64,000 bases of DNA. It comes from Alistipes sp. Its GTDB lineage: Bacteria; Bacteroidota; Bacteroidia; Bacteroidales; Rikenellaceae. Numbering within the stretch: position 1 is the first letter of the stretch; the number at the start of each line of letters is the position of its first letter. The notes below the pieces were generated by a model. It saw only the letters and a list, made by a program, of their open reading frames with translations. It did no database searches and had not been told where the DNA came from. Location of the stretch: assembly GCA_048465795.1 (NCBI GenBank), contig DBFWKV010000033.1:598-64597 (forward strand), in the 5' to 3' direction. This document shows positions 17,803 to 27,130 of the stretch, one piece after another. A program made the position numbers and the translations under genes.

Positions 17803-19104
17803 TTAAGGTATGTCGATCAGCCGCACGTTGTCCTGCGAGGCGCGGGCGGCCTCTTTGACCTTCTCGAATTCGCGGTCCACCTCCCGCATCTCGGCGTTTT
17901 CGCGGAAGACGAAGCCCTTCTGACCGTGGGTGTCGACGGCTTCGAGCACGCTGTAGACGGTCATGGTGTGGATGTCGCGCCCCGGGGTGAAGTTCACGTC
18001 GCGGTCGTTCTGCCCGTCGTGCACGGCGATCAACTGCCCCGCCTGCACCAGTTGGTAGAGGATGTCGTTGACGATGCGGGTCGGCAGCCCGAGACGTTCG
18101 CGCACTTCGTCCGGCGAGACGGCCCCGCCCCGCTCGCGGAAGCGGCGCACGACGACCAGCATCACGGCCAGCATCACCTTGCGGCGGTCGTCGTAGCTGA
18201 TGAGCAGCGACTCGCGCTCCTCGTTGAAGCGCGCGATGTTCTGGTAGGCGAAGCTCAGTTCGCCGCCGAAGAGCAGGATTTCCCACGAGGTCTGCAGCCA
18301 GATCAGGAACAGCGGCAGCGCTGCGAAACTGCCGTAGATGGCGTTGTAGGAGGTCATCCACCGCTGCAGGTAGAGGTAGCCCCACTGGAAGAGCAGGAAG
18401 AACGTGCCCGCGACGATGCCCGCCGTGAGGGCGCTCGTGAAGCGCACCTTCGTGTTGGGGATGACCAGGTAGAGGAAGGTGAACATCACCCAGATGACGA
18501 TCATCGAGGCCAGCCGCGACAGCAGATCGAAGAACAGCGAGTCGTGGAATCCGAGCAGTTGCTGGGCGTAGTGGCTCAGCGAGTTGGCGATGATCCACAG
18601 CACGGGGGCGATCATCACCACGGCGATGTAGTCCGTCCACTGGCGCGTGATGCTGCGCGTGACCTTCACCTCCCAGATGTTGTTGAATGCGCTTTCGATC
18701 GACCCGAAGACCCGGATCACGGCCCAGAAGAGCGTGCCCAGTGCCACGACCGCCACCACGCCGCCCTGTGTGCGGGCCAACGCCTTGTCGGCGAACTCCA
18801 CGAGGTAGTCGACCAGTTCGGGGTTGCTCGGAACCGCGCGGTAGAGGTCGTCCACCAGTCCGTCGGCCAGCCCGAAGCCCTTCACCACGGCGAAAACCAC
18901 GGCGGCGATCGGCACGATCGACATCAGCGTGTAGAAGGTGAGCGCCGCCGAGCGCACGATCGTATCGTGTTCGAGCAGCCCCCGCGCCGTGTAGAACAGC
19001 AGCTTGTACTGCCGCACCAGCCACCGCACGAAGGGGTTGCGGTAGTCCCCCGGATTCTTGCGGAAGATGGTGTCGGTGAAGAATGTCAGGATCTTTTTTA
19101 TCAT
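17803..19104 (-). CDS. YihY/BrkB family membrane protein with a C-terminal HTH-like region
   Basis: SAALTFYTLMSIVP, AFNNIW, YNAIYGSFAALPLFLIW. Confidence 0.9.
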   Translation of the reverse strand: MIKKILTFFTDTIFRKNPGDYRNPFVRWLVRQYKLLFYTARGLLEHDTIVRSAALTFYTLMSIVPIAAVVFAVVKGFGLADGLVDDLYRAVPSNPELVDYLVEFADKALARTQGGVVAVVALGTLFWAVIRVFGSIESAFNNIWEVKVTRSITRQWTDYIAVVMIAPVLWIIANSLSHYAQQLLGFHDSLFFDLLSRLASMIVIWVMFTFLYLVIPNTKVRFTSALTAGIVAGTFFLLFQWGYLYLQRWMTSYNAIYGSFAALPLFLIWLQTSWEILLFGGELSFAYQNIARFNEERESLLISYDDRRKVMLAVMLVVVRRFRERGGAVSPDEVRERLGLPTRIVNDILYQLVQAGQLIAVHDGQNDRDVNFTPGRDIHTMTVYSVLEAVDTHGQKGFVFRENAEMREVDREFEKVKEAARASQDNVRLIDIP

Positions 19105-20285
19105 AGGTCTGCGGAGTGCGGCTCCAAATTTAACGATTTTAACCGGATTACCCAAAGATGCCCGCCGATGCGCGTGAAGGCCAGGCGTTCGTCGCCGCCC
19201 TCGCGCACGCCCAGGCTGCGGGCGATCGCGGCGGCCGGCAGCGGGAAGTCGTGCTTGAGGATTTCGACGCGCCGGCCCCGGAGCGTGCGGCGGAGCCGTC
19301 CGGGGTCATAGGGTTCGATCGTGTCGATTGCGAATACTCTGCCAATCACGCCGCAGGGCCTTTCTTCGGCGAATCCGTAGCCTTCGTTGCTCCAGATGCG
19401 GGCTTTGCCGCGCAGATGGGCGCATGCGAGACGTGCCTTGCGCAGCGCCACGTCGGGGATCACGAGCCAGCCGCAGCGTGCGGGTTCGAAAGGCTCTGCG
19501 CAGGGGGTGTTGTCCGCTTCGGCTGTCGGCAGCGAAAAGCTGCCCAGCCCCAGCGCTGTGGCGGTGATGCGGGGTTCGGAGCCGTCGGCACAGACTACGA
19601 CCTCCTTGCACTCGCCGCCCGACGAGACGACCTCCACGCGGCAGCGCCCGAACAGGCGGAACGCCTCGTCCACGTCGAACAGGGGCGAATTCTTGAGGCA
19701 CAGTCGGCCCGAAACGCGTTCGATGGCAGGGCGCAGGGCGAGGATGTCGGGCGAGCACTCCTCCAGCCGCACCAGTTTGCGTCCGTCGGCGCTGCGGCGG
19801 TCGGGATCGGCGTAGACCCAGTCGTATTTTTCGGACGTCGTTTGCAGGAACTCTTCAGCCGGGGCGCAGATGACCTCCACGTTGTCCGCACCCAGCCGCC
19901 GCAGGTTGCGGGCCGTGATGCGGGCCAGCACGGGGTCGCGTTCGAGGGCCGTGACGCGGGCGAAACGCTTCGATAAAGCCCACGCATCGACGCCCAGGCC
20001 GCACGTCAGATCGAGCACCGACTCGCCCGAGATGGTTTTGTGCGCGGCGCACCGCTCGCTCGACGCCTGCTCGAAGGCCAGCGGTGGCAGGATGCACTGC
20101 GCGGCGGCAAACGCGGGCAGCTTCGCGGCGGCCCGCGCGAGGTATTTCACCTGTGTGGCGACCAACCGGGCGTGGGGCACGCGGCGGTCGAGCGCCACCT
20201 CCAGCGGATCGCGGTCACGGGCTTCGGCGATGGCGCGCTGTACCTCTTCGGAGCAGAGGATTTCGTATTCTTCGGAGCTGATCAT
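19101..20285 (-). CDS. Class I SAM-dependent methyltransferase with a THUMP-like domain
   Basis: EQASSE, LDLTCGLGVD, YADPDRR, KNSPLFD. Confidence 0.85.
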   Translation of the reverse strand: MISSEEYEILCSEEVQRAIAEARDRDPLEVALDRRVPHARLVATQVKYLARAAAKLPAFAAAQCILPPLAFEQASSERCAAHKTISGESVLDLTCGLGVDAWALSKRFARVTALERDPVLARITARNLRRLGADNVEVICAPAEEFLQTTSEKYDWVYADPDRRSADGRKLVRLEECSPDILALRPAIERVSGRLCLKNSPLFDVDEAFRLFGRCRVEVVSSGGECKEVVVCADGSEPRITATALGLGSFSLPTAEADNTPCAEPFEPARCGWLVIPDVALRKARLACAHLRGKARIWSNEGYGFAEERPCGVIGRVFAIDTIEPYDPGRLRRTLRGRRVEILKHDFPLPAAAIARSLGVREGGDERLAFTRIGGHLWVIRLKSLNLEPHSADL

Positions 20286-21766
20286 CGCGGTAAAGATACC
20301 GCTTTTTTCGGATTCCGGCATGCCGCGAGGAGTGTTGCCGCGAGAAAAACCGCATAGCAGGCCGCGGTCTGGGCGGTCGTGAGCCGCAGATCGAAGGCCC
20401 CACCCGGCAGCGAGGCCGCGGCTTGCGCAAGTCCGTTCAGCAGGCGTGCCGCCGTGCCGGCCACCGCTTCGAATGCCGGGGCGAGGGGCGCAAGGGGCAG
20501 GACGATCCAGATGACGCCCGCGAGGACGACGGCATGCGCCAGCAGGATCGCCACGGGGTTCACCACCGGCCCGATCAGGGAAACGACCCCGAAGGTGTGC
20601 GACACGAGCGGTGCGGTGACGAGTGCCGTGACCCCTCCGATGACCAGCGCGGTCGCGGGCCAGTCGATCCACCGGCGGCCCGTGCGGAGCCAGCGGCAGA
20701 GCGGCACGCCCCACGTGAGGATGGCCCCGACGGCCAGAAACGAGAGCTGGAAGCTGATGTCGCCCAGCCACGCGGGGCGGAACAGGAGCATGACGAAGGC
20801 TGTGGCGGCGAGAACGTTGAGGCCCACGTAGACCGAGGCCGAGGCCAGCGCGAACTGGAGGGCCGAGAACATCAGTGCGGCCCGCACGACACTGGGCGAG
20901 AAGTCGGCCACAGCGGCGTAGCACCAGATCAGCGCGACGGCCCCGAGGTTGCGCACGAAGTGTCCCCGGCAGGGCCAGAGGGCCGGAAACCCCCACAGCA
21001 GCAGGTTGACCAGCACGAACACGATGCCCACATGAAGTCCCGACACCGCCAGCAGGTGCGAGGTGCCGCTGCGCGAGTAAGCACGGCGCAGGGCGGGAGT
21101 CAGGCCGCTTCGGTCGCCTGCGGTCATCGCGTTGCAAAGCGCTTTTTCTTCGGGCGCGAGGTGCAGTCGGCTGAGCCGTTGCACAGCCCGGCGGTGCAGC
21201 GACGACGAGGGCACGGTCTCCGCCAGAAGCAGCTGCCGCTCCCTCAGGCTGAGTGTCCCGGCATAGCCGCGCCGCTGCATCAGCCGGCGGTAACTTTCGT
21301 GCCGGGCGGGGAAGGGACGGATGCGCCCGGAGCATACGATGCGTGTTCCTGCGTCGAGGTGCAGCGCGGTGTCGGCCCAAATTACGATCTTATCCGATGC
21401 CGCGCGCCACTTTCCGGTTGCGGGGACGCGCCATGCGCGAAGTCCGGCCGTTGCCGAGACATACCCCTCTCGGAGTGCGGGCGGGGTTTCGATCGCCAGT
21501 TCAAAATCGGTATGTATGCCCGGCGGGACGGCGGAAGGGCTGACGTGGAGTTGTGCCGTGACGAACCCGAATGCAAAGAGCATGGCGGCCGCATAGGTTT
21601 CCGAGCGTGCCACGAGGGCCGCGACACCGCACACGACGATTCCGGCGACGGTAAGCGCCGGCGGCAGATCGGTATACATCGCCGCCCAGATTCCCGAAGC
21701 AAAGGGTACGACGGCCCGGAGCATGGGAGTCCGCGCAAGTCGTTCTGTGAGAAATTGGGCCTTCAT
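20282..21766 (-). CDS. comEC: ComEC/Rec2 family competence membrane protein
   Basis: SGTSHLLAVSGLHVG, SPSVVRA, ISFQLSF. Confidence 0.9.
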   Translation of the reverse strand: MKAQFLTERLARTPMLRAVVPFASGIWAAMYTDLPPALTVAGIVVCGVAALVARSETYAAAMLFAFGFVTAQLHVSPSAVPPGIHTDFELAIETPPALREGYVSATAGLRAWRVPATGKWRAASDKIVIWADTALHLDAGTRIVCSGRIRPFPARHESYRRLMQRRGYAGTLSLRERQLLLAETVPSSSLHRRAVQRLSRLHLAPEEKALCNAMTAGDRSGLTPALRRAYSRSGTSHLLAVSGLHVGIVFVLVNLLLWGFPALWPCRGHFVRNLGAVALIWCYAAVADFSPSVVRAALMFSALQFALASASVYVGLNVLAATAFVMLLFRPAWLGDISFQLSFLAVGAILTWGVPLCRWLRTGRRWIDWPATALVIGGVTALVTAPLVSHTFGVVSLIGPVVNPVAILLAHAVVLAGVIWIVLPLAPLAPAFEAVAGTAARLLNGLAQAAASLPGGAFDLRLTTAQTAACYAVFLAATLLAACRNPKKAVSLPR

Positions 21767-21802
21767 TCCCCGAAAATAACAAAAAAAGCCGGAAATGTGA
21801 AA

Positions 21803-22215
21803 AAAAGTGAACGTTTTCGACAGGCGAGGGTAGAGGTTGCACGGAATGGGGGTTCCGGGCGAAGAAAACGAAAAGACTGCGCAGCAGGCTTCACTTTGCG
21901 GGAAAGCGAGTGCCCGGCATGTACGGAGTGGAGGTTTTGGGCGGAAGCAAAGTTATGCCCTCCCCGGAACGGGGATTAAAGGTTAAATCGGCTTCGGGGA
22001 TTGAAAAAAACGCGACTGCGGCCAACGCGGGCTGGTGTTTCGAGAAGTCTGACTTCGCCCGCTCGGAGAGACGTCGCGGACACTCCCGCGAGAGAGTCAT
22101 GCGGATGTTTTTGGGTCCCTTTGGCGCCAACCGACGCACGCAGCGCGGGCAGATTCTGCTTGCAGGCTATGCCGCGCATGTTTTCGGCCCTCGCTTGTCG
22201 AAAACGTTCGCTTTT
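21803..22215. repeat. ~410-bp segment bounded by 28-bp inverted repeats (MITE/REPIN-like)
   Basis: AAAAGTGAACGTTTTCGACAGGCGAGGG (21803-21830) vs the reverse complement of 22188-22215, 26/28 identical. Confidence 0.65.
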
Positions 22216-22289
22216 CAACTTCCAATTCGACCGCGTCCGATGACGGAAACCGATTTTTGATTATCTTTGCAAACTATATAGGTATCTCC

Positions 22290-23759
22290 ATGCTCGAAAA
22301 ATTAGCCAGACAGACCGCCGTGTACGGGATCAGCACCATCGTGGTGCGGTTCCTGAGCTACCTGCTTACCCCTTACTACACCCGGATTTTCGGGCAGGAG
22401 ACCTACGGCATCGTGACGGACGTCTATGCCCTGGTTCCGCTGGCGCTCACGCTGCTGACGATGGGTATGGAGTCGAGTTACTTCCGTTTTTCGGCCAAAG
22501 CCGACGAGGCGGGGGGCGATGTCGCGGCGGCCAAACGCAGGCTGTTCGCTACGACATGGGGCGTCACGTCGCTGGCCGCCGTGGTGTTCTTCGCGGCGAT
22601 CCTCTGTTTCCGCGACGGCGTTTCGCACCTGATGGGAGAGGCCTATGCGGCGCATCCGGAGTATGTCGTCTGGGTGGGGCTGATCATCCTGTTCGACGTG
22701 GCGGCCTGCATCCCCTTCTCGCGCCTCAGGGAGCAGGGGCGGGCGCTGACGTTCGTGGGGATCAAGGCCCTGAATGTCGTGCTGAACGTCATGCTGGCCG
22801 TAGCGTTCGGCGCTGCGGGGCTTTTCGCCACCGAGTTCGGCGTGGGGTGGGTGTTCGTCGCCAACCTCATCGCCAGTGTCGTGACATGGGGCGTGATCCT
22901 GGCGACGGTCGATCACACCGTGCCGAAGATCAACTGGCCTCTGCTCGCGGCGGTGTTCGCCTACTCGCTGCCGCTGCTGGTCGGGGGACTGGCCGGCACG
23001 GCCAACGAATTCATCGACCGGCAGCTGATCAAATACCTCGTGCCCGTCGGTGCGATGGCGCAGTTGGGCATTTACGGCGCCATCACCAAGATCGCCGTGG
23101 TGATGATGCTTTTCTACCAGATGTACCGCCTGGCGGCCGAGCCGTTCTTCCTCTCGAACTTCAAAAAAACGGATTTCGTGCGGATGAATGCGGCGGCGCT
23201 GAAATACTACGTCATGGTCTCGATGCTGATTTTCCTCGGCATTTCGCTCTTCCGCGACCTGTTCGCGCTGATCGTGGGGCGCGACTTCCGCGAGGGAATC
23301 TTCATCCTTCCGGTGGTGCTGGGGGCCAACGTGCTCACGGGCGTGTGGCTCAACCTCTCGTTCTGGTACAAGCGCGAGGAGCGGACTTCGCTGGCGATCG
23401 TCGTGACGGGCGCGGGCCTGGCGGCGATGCTCGCCTTCGGGTTTTGGTTTATTCCCCTGTGGGGTTACTACGGGGCGGCCTGGGCGCGGCTGGCGAGCGA
23501 ATCGGCGATGGTGGCCGTCAGTTGGTGGCTCAACCGGCGGTTTTATCCCACGCCCTACGACTGGCGGCGGATCGGGGAATACGTGGCCGTGGCGCTGGCT
23601 GTTTTTTTTCTGTGCGAAGCGTTCGGCCGGATTTGCGGCAATATTTGGGCGCAGTATGCGTTTAATATAGTGGTATTTGCGGCTTATGCCGGCTATCTTG
23701 TCCGCCGGGAGCGGATCGATGTGGGGGCGTTGCTGCGGGCGGTGCTGAAGCGGAAGTGA
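22290..23759 (+). CDS. Polysaccharide/oligosaccharide flippase (Wzx-like)
   Basis: LARQTAVYGISTI, LLTPYYTR, GMESSYFRF, many TM segments; TATCTTTG upstream at 22262. Confidence 0.88.
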   Translation: MLEKLARQTAVYGISTIVVRFLSYLLTPYYTRIFGQETYGIVTDVYALVPLALTLLTMGMESSYFRFSAKADEAGGDVAAAKRRLFATTWGVTSLAAVVFFAAILCFRDGVSHLMGEAYAAHPEYVVWVGLIILFDVAACIPFSRLREQGRALTFVGIKALNVVLNVMLAVAFGAAGLFATEFGVGWVFVANLIASVVTWGVILATVDHTVPKINWPLLAAVFAYSLPLLVGGLAGTANEFIDRQLIKYLVPVGAMAQLGIYGAITKIAVVMMLFYQMYRLAAEPFFLSNFKKTDFVRMNAAALKYYVMVSMLIFLGISLFRDLFALIVGRDFREGIFILPVVLGANVLTGVWLNLSFWYKREERTSLAIVVTGAGLAAMLAFGFWFIPLWGYYGAAWARLASESAMVAVSWWLNRRFYPTPYDWRRIGEYVAVALAVFFLCEAFGRICGNIWAQYAFNIVVFAAYAGYLVRRERIDVGALLRAVLKRK

Positions 23760-24050
23760 AAGTGGAACGTTTTCGATAAGCGAGGGCAGAGCCGAATTTA
23801 TTCGAGCTTTGCCGAGCGCAGAAAACGAAAAGAGTGCGCAGCAGGCTTAAAGTTGAAAAGTGAAAAGTGAACGTTTTCGATAAGTGAGGGCAGAGCCGAA
23901 CTTGTTCAGGCTCTGCCGGGCGCAGAAAACGAAAAGACGCCGAAGGCGGATTAAAATTGAACCGACGCAGCGGGCGAGTGCAGAGCCGAATTTATTCGGG
24001 CTATGCGGAGCTGCAAGGAGGAAAAGACTGCGACCGCAGGCCGCACCTTA
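23760..24050 (+). repeat. Three bulged-hairpin repeat units with heptamer linkers
   Basis: aacgttttcgataagcgagggcagagccgaa...gccgagcgcagaaaacgaaaaga at about 23766 and 23870, a variant at about 23960. Confidence 0.85.
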
Positions 24051-24288
24051 GAATCCGCATTTCCAGTTCGAGCGGAAAAAAGAACGGGGCGAACGGCGAG
24101 CGTCAAAAAACGGGGACGGTTTGCTTGACAAACCCGCGCAGTCGCCCGTTTTAGCGAGACGGAGAAACGCTCCCGCGAAAATGTCATGCGGAGAGCTTTT
24201 ACGCCGCTTTTGGCGGTTGAAAAGGCGGCAAAGAACCAACTTTCGGAGAAAGCGAAAAAGTCTTTGAAAAAGATTAAATTTACAACCG

Positions 24289-24486
24289 GTGAAAGCTGAA
24301 AAAATAATCGTGCTGCTCCTCAGTTTCGCGGTATTCGCCGCAGGAGTCTGGGCATTGTACAGCCTGCACGGTACCGTGCGTGTCATCGTGCTGGCGGCGA
24401 GTTTTGCCGCGCTTATCGGTATTGCCGTGCGGCAGACTCTCGTGCGTGCGAAACGGAACGAACGGACGGGAAAGGAAAAGAAATAA
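24289..24486 (+). CDS. Small two-TM membrane protein
   Basis: Two hydrophobic segments and a basic tail; ends 10 bp before holB. Confidence 0.6.
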   Translation: MKAEKIIVLLLSFAVFAAGVWALYSLHGTVRVIVLAASFAALIGIAVRQTLVRAKRNERTGKEKK

Positions 24487-24496
24487 GAAATTTAGT

Positions 24497-25642
24497 ATGC
24501 GATTTGCAGACATCACAGGACAGGAGGAATTGAAGACGCACCTGGTGCGCTCGATCGACACCGGACGCGTCAGCCACGCACAGCTCTTCACGGGGCTGGC
24601 GGGCGCCGGGGCGCTGGCGCTGGCCGTGGCGTATGTACAATATCTCAACTGCCGGCATCGCAACGGCGGCGATTCGTGCGGCGAATGCCCCGACTGCCGT
24701 CAGATCGCAGCGCTGGCCCATCCCGACCTGCATCTGGTGTTCCCCGTGAACCGGCAGGGCAAAAAGTCGGGCGAGGTGATGCGCAGCGACGAGTTCCTGC
24801 CGCAGTTCCGCGAGTTGTTCGCTGCTTCGGGCGGCTATTTCTCGCCCCAGCAGTGGTACGACCGCCTCGACCTGGGACGCACGCTGAAGGGTATGATCGC
24901 CGCGCGCGAGGCCGACGAGATCATCCGCAAGCTGTCGTTCAAGAGTTTCGAGGCGCCCTACAAGACGATGCTTGTCTGGCTGCCGGAGACGATGAACGAG
25001 GAGGCGTCCAACAAGATCCTCAAGATCCTGGAGGAACCCTGGGAGCGGACGCTGTTCCTGCTGGTGTCGGAGCAGCCCGACCTGCTGCTGCCGACGATCC
25101 TCTCGCGCACGCAGGAGGTGGCCGTGCCGCGCCTGACCCCTGAAGTGTTGGAGGCCGAGGCGCTCAAACGCGGGGTTTCCGATCCGTTGCAGGCCCGCAA
25201 CACGGCCCGGCTGGCGGGCGGGAGCCTGCTGGAGCTGCAACACCTGCTCGCAGGCGGCGACGACGCCCAGAGGAAGGAGTATTTCGACCTTTTCTGCGGC
25301 CTGATGCGGTTGAGTTACAACGACCGCCACCTCGAGCTGGTCGGCTGGGCCGAGGAGGCCGCCCAGCTTACGCGCGAGCAGCAGCGGGCCTTCCTGCGCG
25401 ACGCGGCGCGGCTGCTACGCGAAAGCTACATGTTACACGCCGGACTCGGCGAAATCGGCTACCTCTGGGGCGGGGAGCTGGCGTTCTGTTCGAAATTTGC
25501 CCCGTTCGTCGGGCCGCAGAACATCGAACCGCTCATCGCGGAAATCGAGGCTGCGATGGCGCAACTGTCGCAAAACGGGAATCCGACGATCGTATTCACC
25601 CATTTTGCCCTTTCGGTGAGCAAGATGATAAAACATTTGTAG
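24497..25642 (+). CDS. holB: DNA polymerase III delta' subunit
   Basis: MRFADITGQ, HAQLF, CGECPDC zinc site, HPDLH, NKILKILEEP, TILSR. Confidence 0.92.
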   Translation: MRFADITGQEELKTHLVRSIDTGRVSHAQLFTGLAGAGALALAVAYVQYLNCRHRNGGDSCGECPDCRQIAALAHPDLHLVFPVNRQGKKSGEVMRSDEFLPQFRELFAASGGYFSPQQWYDRLDLGRTLKGMIAAREADEIIRKLSFKSFEAPYKTMLVWLPETMNEEASNKILKILEEPWERTLFLLVSEQPDLLLPTILSRTQEVAVPRLTPEVLEAEALKRGVSDPLQARNTARLAGGSLLELQHLLAGGDDAQRKEYFDLFCGLMRLSYNDRHLELVGWAEEAAQLTREQQRAFLRDAARLLRESYMLHAGLGEIGYLWGGELAFCSKFAPFVGPQNIEPLIAEIEAAMAQLSQNGNPTIVFTHFALSVSKMIKHL

Positions 25643-25646
25643 AATT

Positions 25647-26156
25647 ATGGCACGAGTGGTACTTTTGGCCGGAGGCAATATCGGCGACGTGAAGACGCGC
25701 CTGCAACGCGCACAGCAGCTCATCAACGACCGTGTAGGCGCGGTGCTGCGCTGTTCGCACCGTTATGAGAGCGAACCCTGGGGATTTGCTGCGGGAACCC
25801 GTTTTTCGAACCAGGCGCTCGAGATTTCGACCGATCTCACGCCCGAAGAGGTGCTGGACGCCGTGCTGGCAATCGAAGCCGACCTGGGACGCGACCGGAG
25901 GGCCGAGCAGCGCGAGAAGGAGCTTTCGAAGGCACCCTACGCCTCGCGGACGATCGATATCGACCTGCTGTTTTACGACGACCTGGTGCTCCGCTCCGAG
26001 CGCCTGACGCTGCCCCACCCGCTGCTTGCCGAGCGGGAATTCGCGCTGGTGCCCCTGTGCGAAATCATGCGGACGCGCCGCCATCCGGTCTCTGGCCGGA
26101 CGATGGAAGAACTGCTCGAAGAGCTGAAACAACGGAAATTATGTTGCGTCGAATAG
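25647..26156 (+). CDS. folK: 2-amino-4-hydroxy-6-hydroxymethyldihydropteridine pyrophosphokinase
   Basis: GGNIGD, YESEPWG, RTIDIDLL, LPHP...REF. Confidence 0.93.
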   Translation: MARVVLLAGGNIGDVKTRLQRAQQLINDRVGAVLRCSHRYESEPWGFAAGTRFSNQALEISTDLTPEEVLDAVLAIEADLGRDRRAEQREKELSKAPYASRTIDIDLLFYDDLVLRSERLTLPHPLLAEREFALVPLCEIMRTRRHPVSGRTMEELLEELKQRKLCCVE

Positions 26157-27130
26157 CCTCCGTCCTGCTTGGCGCCCTGTTTTTCACGGGGTGCTTCCGA
26201 AGCGTCTCCTACGACACGCAATATGTGCTCAAACCGTGGGTGCAGGCGTATAACCAGGGCACGGTCACGTCGCAGCCCGGGGTGCTGCTCTACGCCTACG
26301 CCGCCGATACGACCGATTGGGCCGTTGCTTCCTACGACGATGCGACGGCGGGTATCCTCACTTCGCGCAGCAATCCCTCACAGAAACTGACCGAGCCTTA
26401 TGCGGCCGGCGTATCGTTCGGGGAGGTGGATACCGTGCCGGATGCGGTCAACTGGCGGAAAATGCGGCTCAAACTCTCCTCGGCGATGGTCGTCGCGGTC
26501 GACACGGAGCATAAACTCTACGCTTATACGCGGCAGCAGCTTTACGAGAACCTGTCACCGCTCTATATTTCGGTCACCTTCCAGCCCTGGCGGGCCTTCG
26601 AACGTTATACGAACGGAAACTGGACTTATGTGAACGACTTTTACGATCCCGACGTTCCGACCAAGATGCTCTTTACGCTCAAACCCAACGTGCAGCAAAC
26701 CGAAGCCGACAAAGCCGAGCCGCTCTTCGGGGCGGAGGTCTACGCCTATGCCGTCGATACGGCCCGGTGGCGCATCGCCTCCTATGCCGATGCCCTGGCG
26801 GGCGTGATTACCTCCAAAGAAAATGCCGCGCAAAAGCTCGAAACCCCGACCTACCGGGCGACCGAAAGCAGCGATTCACCCGCAGGGGCGGAGTGGTGGG
26901 ATCTGGTGGTCACCGACGATACGCTGATGGTGGTGACCGTCGATCCCGTGAACAGGCTTTATGCTTACTCCCGGCAGACGCTTTCGCCTACGAGCCGTCC
27001 GGGTGAGGCTGCGATCACTTTCTGTCCGTGGAAGGAGGCGGCGATCTATACCGACGGAGCATGGCGTATGGTCAACGAATTCTACGTCCCGGACGCTCCC
27101 GATAATCCCGCTAAACGCAGACAACGATGA
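26141..27130 (+). CDS. Lipoprotein with two tandem ~150-aa homologous domains
   Basis: Lipobox FTG-C; internal duplication visible in the translation. Confidence 0.75.
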   Translation: MLRRIASVLLGALFFTGCFRSVSYDTQYVLKPWVQAYNQGTVTSQPGVLLYAYAADTTDWAVASYDDATAGILTSRSNPSQKLTEPYAAGVSFGEVDTVPDAVNWRKMRLKLSSAMVVAVDTEHKLYAYTRQQLYENLSPLYISVTFQPWRAFERYTNGNWTYVNDFYDPDVPTKMLFTLKPNVQQTEADKAEPLFGAEVYAYAVDTARWRIASYADALAGVITSKENAAQKLETPTYRATESSDSPAGAEWWDLVVTDDTLMVVTVDPVNRLYAYSRQTLSPTSRPGEAAITFCPWKEAAIYTDGAWRMVNEFYVPDAPDNPAKRRQR

